A stretch of 42,851 nucleotides of DNA from Planctomycetota bacterium (GTDB taxonomy: Bacteria; Planctomycetota; Phycisphaerae; WQYP01), in contig JAJYDU010000003.1 of the NCBI GenBank assembly GCA_021790475.1, positions 1 through 42,851 on the forward strand. The letters are read 5' to 3'. Within the stretch, counting starts at the first letter, position 1; the number at the start of each line of letters is the position of its first letter. A program made the position numbers and the translations under genes. The notes under the pieces were generated by a model. It did no database searches, had not been told where the DNA came from, and saw nothing but the letters and a program-made list of their open reading frames with translations. Positions 38,669 to 42,851 of this stretch are shown in pieces.

Positions 38669-39685
38669 TCAATCCGCGTCGATGGCTTCCGGCGGCTCCG
38701 GTGGCGTGAATGTCGCGGCCTTGCCCGGCCGCACCGAGAGTTTCTGGGCGTGCTCCATGAGAAATTCCACACGCGGGTAATTTCCCGTTTTGGGTATCGC
38801 TTGCGCCAGCACCTTCGCCGCCCACCGCAGGTAAGTTCGGCGCGATACGTGTGTTATCAGAATCAATTCGTTACGCAGTTGCGGCAGAGCTTCGATCAGA
38901 TCGTCCAGGTGCAGGTGCCGGCCCGCTTCGGCGCGGCGACGGTGTCCGGGTTCAAAAAAAGTGCACTCCGTGATCAGCACCCGTGCCTCGCGCACGCCAT
39001 CCTGCGTGAGCGTTTGGGCCATGTTGGTGTCGCCGGTGTAAGCCGCCAGCGGTACATCCAGCGTGTAAGTGATCTTTTCGCCGCGCTGGCGCATGTCGCG
39101 CAGCACATGACCGGGTAAGTTCAGGGCGGACAGATCGGGTCGGAGTTTTTCCCGCCGGTCCAGGATCAGGTATCCCACCGATGGAACGCTGTGGCGGGTG
39201 GCGAAAGCGCGAACCACCAGCCCCTTGCGCATTTCAAATTCATCGCCGACGTTCAGTGGAATCAGCCGGTGCTCCGGAACTTTTCCCTCCAGCGCCGCCC
39301 AGGCGCGAAAGATGCCGGCCAACCCCTCGGCGATGCCGGCCGGGCACAGCACCGTACCGGGCGCCATGCCCTGAAAGAAACGCTGCGAAAGGTAGTAGAC
39401 AATTCCCGCGCTGTGATCGATGTGTCCGTGCGTGAGCAGGCAGAAGTCGCTGCTGAGAACCGGCCGCGGGCATTTGCCGATGTCAAATACCAGATTGAGC
39501 TCCGGAAGCTGTACCACGCTCTCCTCGCCGGCCACGCTGTAGCCAAGCACGTGAAAGTAAGGCGTTTTAACGATCGCCATGGCCGGTAGCAGCGGCATCT
39601 GACGGGTGGCGCCACCGCCGGTAAGATTGCGCGGCGCGGTCGGTGGAGGATTGAGCGATTCGGGTTTGGATTGAGAATCCGTCAT
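38669..39685 (-). CDS. MBL-fold metallo-hydrolase, RNase Z-like
   Basis: THGHIDH, YTGDT, ITECTF and THVSRR motifs. Confidence 0.85.
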   Translation of the reverse strand: MTDSQSKPESLNPPPTAPRNLTGGGATRQMPLLPAMAIVKTPYFHVLGYSVAGEESVVQLPELNLVFDIGKCPRPVLSSDFCLLTHGHIDHSAGIVYYLSQRFFQGMAPGTVLCPAGIAEGLAGIFRAWAALEGKVPEHRLIPLNVGDEFEMRKGLVVRAFATRHSVPSVGYLILDRREKLRPDLSALNLPGHVLRDMRQRGEKITYTLDVPLAAYTGDTNMAQTLTQDGVREARVLITECTFFEPGHRRRAEAGRHLHLDDLIEALPQLRNELILITHVSRRTYLRWAAKVLAQAIPKTGNYPRVEFLMEHAQKLSVRPGKAATFTPPEPPEAIDAD

Positions 39686-39862
39686 TTCTGGAATGTATCA
39701 GAAAATCGCCGCCGACGCCTGTTATAGCTTCTGGGGGCATTTTTGCGGCGTGGCGCCCGGCTCTCCGTCTTGGCGGCAACATTTATGTTACCGTTTTCAC
39801 GCGGGCTGATCTGCCGTGCCGCGCACAGAACAGGCGGGCCGAAATAATTGCCGCTCCTGTGG

Positions 39863-40747
39863 TTAAGGCAGCGGTATCACGGGAAAATGAAATCGTATCT
39901 TGCGCTGGCGCTGGTGTATTCTCAGACGCAAAATCAGCGACATGCTCCGGTTCACCGCCGCAATTAACGGAACCAGAATTTTGTAGCGACCGGGGCGGGA
40001 TAGAACCGAGATATATCCGTGGTTAACCGCCCGCCCTTTGCGCAGAACGGCAAGCGAAACAAAACAACCGGCCGGCCCGCTCAAAACCACCGGTAGAAAA
40101 GGCCGGCGGGTGATGATTTTGGATGGGCCTATTCGTATTTTTACGCCCCATTTTTTAAGCTCTGGCGAGTGTGGGCTAATGCCAAACCTGGCCGAAAGAC
40201 CCTTTACCCGGAGCGTGCGTATTTTTCCTCCGTAAAGCACCACGAACGAACCGGAAAGACCGCGGATGGCTGTAGCCTTGGGCGGCGCCGGCGCAAAACG
40301 CAGTACCATGGGGAACCCCAGTTCACCAGCCTGTTTGAGGCTTGTCCGCAACGCCTCGTTCAAGGGCCGTGGCTGGAGGAAAGCATGGTGCAGCGCCCGC
40401 AGGGGCGCGCCGGTATTAAACCCGCCGGAAAAAATACGCAGATGTTGATAATCGCCGGGATGGATGATCCGTTTGTCGATTACCTGCAAAATCACCTGTA
40501 CGCCCACGTGTCGATCCAGCACGCGGGCATAAGGCAATTGATCCGTGGTCAGAACCGCAGCCCGTGCTTGCGCCACCGCCGCCAGTCGCACCACTACCGG
40601 CTCCTTGATTACGATTTTCTTGGCGGGTCCTGGAGCGGCATGGCTCGCCGACCGGTAAACAAGGGCCGCTTGGGACGCCAACAGAATAACCGGCGGAATC
40701 AACCATCCAATGGCCGGGATCGGGAAATGACGCTGCTGTGTCATCAT
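39863..40747 (-). CDS. Hypothetical secreted, very basic protein
   Basis: 294-aa ORF with an AAGGGG RBS and an N-terminal signal-like segment. No family recognised. Confidence 0.6.
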   Translation of the reverse strand: MMTQQRHFPIPAIGWLIPPVILLASQAALVYRSASHAAPGPAKKIVIKEPVVVRLAAVAQARAAVLTTDQLPYARVLDRHVGVQVILQVIDKRIIHPGDYQHLRIFSGGFNTGAPLRALHHAFLQPRPLNEALRTSLKQAGELGFPMVLRFAPAPPKATAIRGLSGSFVVLYGGKIRTLRVKGLSARFGISPHSPELKKWGVKIRIGPSKIITRRPFLPVVLSGPAGCFVSLAVLRKGRAVNHGYISVLSRPGRYKILVPLIAAVNRSMSLILRLRIHQRQRKIRFHFPVIPLP

Positions 40748-41132
40748 GATACCCCTTTGTTGGTTAATCTCTGCCGCTCACTTTCTGGAGATGAAAATAA
40801 CGGATTTTACAGGTGATTACCATCAATAAGCTTGTGGCCGCCCTGGAAAAGGTGGAGCGGGTGGCGAGGGTATAGGCTGATACCGTAATGCGAGATTGGC
40901 CTCCGCTCCCGGAAGCTGCCGGCATGGCGCCGTGCCCTTGACGCGTTTATTGAATGTTTTCACACCCGCCTCCGTATTACCTGAACCAATCGGCCAGCCA
41001 TTATGAGGATAGATGTCATGGTATTTCCGTGGAGCCTGCTGGAGCGATGACTGCGGGAAGCCAAAGTGAAAAAACCCGATAGACATGAGGAAAAACTGCG
41101 GTTTACTGAAATCTACAATGGTATTTATCTAA

Positions 41133-41205
41133 AGCCGCCGAGGGGACTCGAACCCTTGACCTACGCTTTACGAAAGCGTCGCTCTACCGACTGAGCTACG
41201 GCGGC
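41133..41205 (-). tRNA. tRNA-Thr(CGT)
   Basis: GCCGCCGTAGCTCAGTCGGTAGAGCG-ACGCT-TTCGTAA-AGCGT-AGGTCAAGGGTTCGAGTCCCCTCGGCGGCT cloverleaf. CCA is not encoded. Confidence 0.96.
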
Positions 41206-41534
41206 AACCGCAGCGGATTTACCAATAAAATCAGTTTTTCCCGTTGCTTTTATTGGCGATCGTGGATATATTGTAACAATACCCTGCTGGTTATCCACCC
41301 CCGCGTGTTTGACTTTGGACATGCTTGCGGTCATATTTGGGATATGAACCATACGTTTCCGGCAATTCGACCCTGGCCCGCCGGCGAGCATGACCGGTTC
41401 TGGTTCTTTCATTTTACCGGATCAGGTCCGCGGGCTTGAAAGTTTCCAGTTTTATCTTGAGGAATTCAATGGAAGTCCGCCGAATTACGGGCTTAAGTCT
41501 TTATGGTATCGTCCGCTTTTGAGGAGTTCGGATC

Positions 41535-41663
41535 ATGAAAACTTTTCTGCAGGAAAATCTCGATGCGGGCTTGAACCTGGCCGGGAAGGCCCTGCGGCTG
41601 GCCCACGGAATCGAACGCGAGTTGGTCCGCGGTACTAGCGCGGAGCAACGTTGGCGTGACTGA
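41535..41663 (+). CDS. Candidate 42-aa leader peptide upstream of aroF
   Basis: GAGGAG RBS at 41521, [45 protein letters not shown], followed by GC-rich hairpins. Confidence 0.4.
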   Translation: MKTFLQENLDAGLNLAGKALRLAHGIERELVRGTSAEQRWRD

Positions 41664-41778
41664 TAGAAAAGCTCCGGACGTTTTCCCCTTCGCGGGCGAT
41701 TTCCGCGCGGGTTTGGGGCGGGGGGGGACGACCGCGCGTGATGCGGCAAAACTTCCGATTCTTTTGGAGGAACGGCTT

Positions 41779-42801
41779 ATGATTATCGTGATGGAACAGG
41801 GTGCGACCCGGTCCCAGGTGGATTATGTGGTCAATCTCATTCGAGAAATGGGTTTGCGCGAGCATATTATCGTCGGCGCCGAGCGCACGGTGGTGGGCGT
41901 GATCGGCGACGATCGCCAGAAAGACAAGGACAAACTGGAAAATGTTCCCGGCGTGGAAAAGGTCATACCGGTGCTGGCGCCATACAAAATGGCCTCCCGC
42001 GAAGTGAAAAAAGAGCGGACCATCGTACCGCTGGGCGGACGTCTGGGCGGTTCGGCCGGCGGAAAAAAACTGGCTCTGATCGCCGGGCCGTGCTCGGTGG
42101 AAGATCGTTCCAAGTTGCTGGAAATTGCCCACGCGGTCAAGGAGTCCGGCGCAACGGGTCTGCGGGGCGGCGCATTCAAGCCGCGGACCAGTCCTTATGC
42201 GTTTCAGGGGCTGGGCGAAAAAGGCCTGGAAATTCTCGCTGAGGCGCGGGAGCAAACCGGCTTGGCGGTGGTGACGGAGGTGATGTCGATTGATCAGGTT
42301 CAACTGGTCGCCCGCTACGCCGATGTGCTCCAGGTGGGCGCCCGCAACATGCAGAATTACAACCTGCTCTTGGCGGTGGGGGAGCAATCCAAGCCGGTGC
42401 TGTTGAAGCGCGGCCTCTCGGCCACACTGGAAGAGTTTCTGCTGGCGGCGGAATACGTCATTTCCCGCGGCAACGGCCATGTAATTCTCTGCGAGCGCGG
42501 CATCCGCACATTTGAAACCTACTGCCGCAACACGCTGCCGCTGGCGGTCGTGCCGGAGGCGCATCGGATCAGCCATTTACCGATCATTGTAGACCCCTCC
42601 CAGGGAACGGGCCATGCGCATCTGGTTCCGGACATGTGCCGGGCGGCGGTGGCCTGCGGGGCCGATGGCCTGCTCATCGAATGCCATGCGGATCCCGCGC
42701 ATGCGCTGACCGATGGCGCCCAGTCGATCACGCCGGGGGTTCTCCAATCCCTGACGGGCTCGCTGCGCAGAATCGCCGCAGCCGTGGACCGGGTCATCTA
42801 A
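41779..42801 (+). CDS. aroF: 3-deoxy-7-phosphoheptulonate (DAHP) synthase, type I-beta with N-terminal ACT-like regulatory domain
   Basis: MIIVM N-terminus, [29 protein letters not shown] and [18 protein letters not shown]. Confidence 0.95.
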   Translation: MIIVMEQGATRSQVDYVVNLIREMGLREHIIVGAERTVVGVIGDDRQKDKDKLENVPGVEKVIPVLAPYKMASREVKKERTIVPLGGRLGGSAGGKKLALIAGPCSVEDRSKLLEIAHAVKESGATGLRGGAFKPRTSPYAFQGLGEKGLEILAEAREQTGLAVVTEVMSIDQVQLVARYADVLQVGARNMQNYNLLLAVGEQSKPVLLKRGLSATLEEFLLAAEYVISRGNGHVILCERGIRTFETYCRNTLPLAVVPEAHRISHLPIIVDPSQGTGHAHLVPDMCRAAVACGADGLLIECHADPAHALTDGAQSITPGVLQSLTGSLRRIAAAVDRVI

Positions 42802-42851
42802 GAATCAGCGATAGAAATAAAGTCCGTCGAAAATGTAGCCCGGGGTCATCT

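Noticed and set aside
41133-41160. Prophage or island att site at the tRNA-Thr 3' end
   Set aside because: No duplicate of the tRNA 3' end and no integrase were found in the window. The partial CGAGTCCCCTC match at 18782 lies inside dhs.

Overview
This is a GC-rich bacterial chromosome segment, most likely from Planctomycetota (Phycisphaerae-like). That assignment is inferred from the PEP-CTERM protein, the ftsW-murG-murC-murB-ddl-ftsQ cluster without adjacent ftsA/ftsZ, and the MshEN-like Ser/Thr kinase. The left end (1-5.4 kb) is a translationally coupled operon of six or more carbohydrate-catabolism genes. It encodes an HPS/KGPDC-family enzyme, a URO-D/MtaA-like protein, a Zn dehydrogenase, two xylose-isomerase-like TIM barrels and an SDR. 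The 5.5-10.6 kb stretch is an accessory mosaic with a large PEP-CTERM surface protein, four copies of a PEP-CTERM 3'-tail motif, a 251-bp near-perfect copy of part of the neighbouring operon bracketed by hairpins, a 172-bp MITE and a LuxR regulator. The rest is core genome: dnaA with a probable oriC, GNAT, UbiA, SH3b, dhs, yraN, fba, carA, thrC, lpxD, hisC, hisB, purC, a partial dcw cluster, a kinase, an RNase Z-like MBL hydrolase, tRNA-Thr(CGT) and aroF. Unannotated signals include a 136-bp MITE with an 8-bp target-site duplication between carA and thrC, a candidate multi-stem RNA upstream of ftsW, and a candidate leader peptide upstream of aroF. All functional calls come from motifs read by eye, and no database searches were run.
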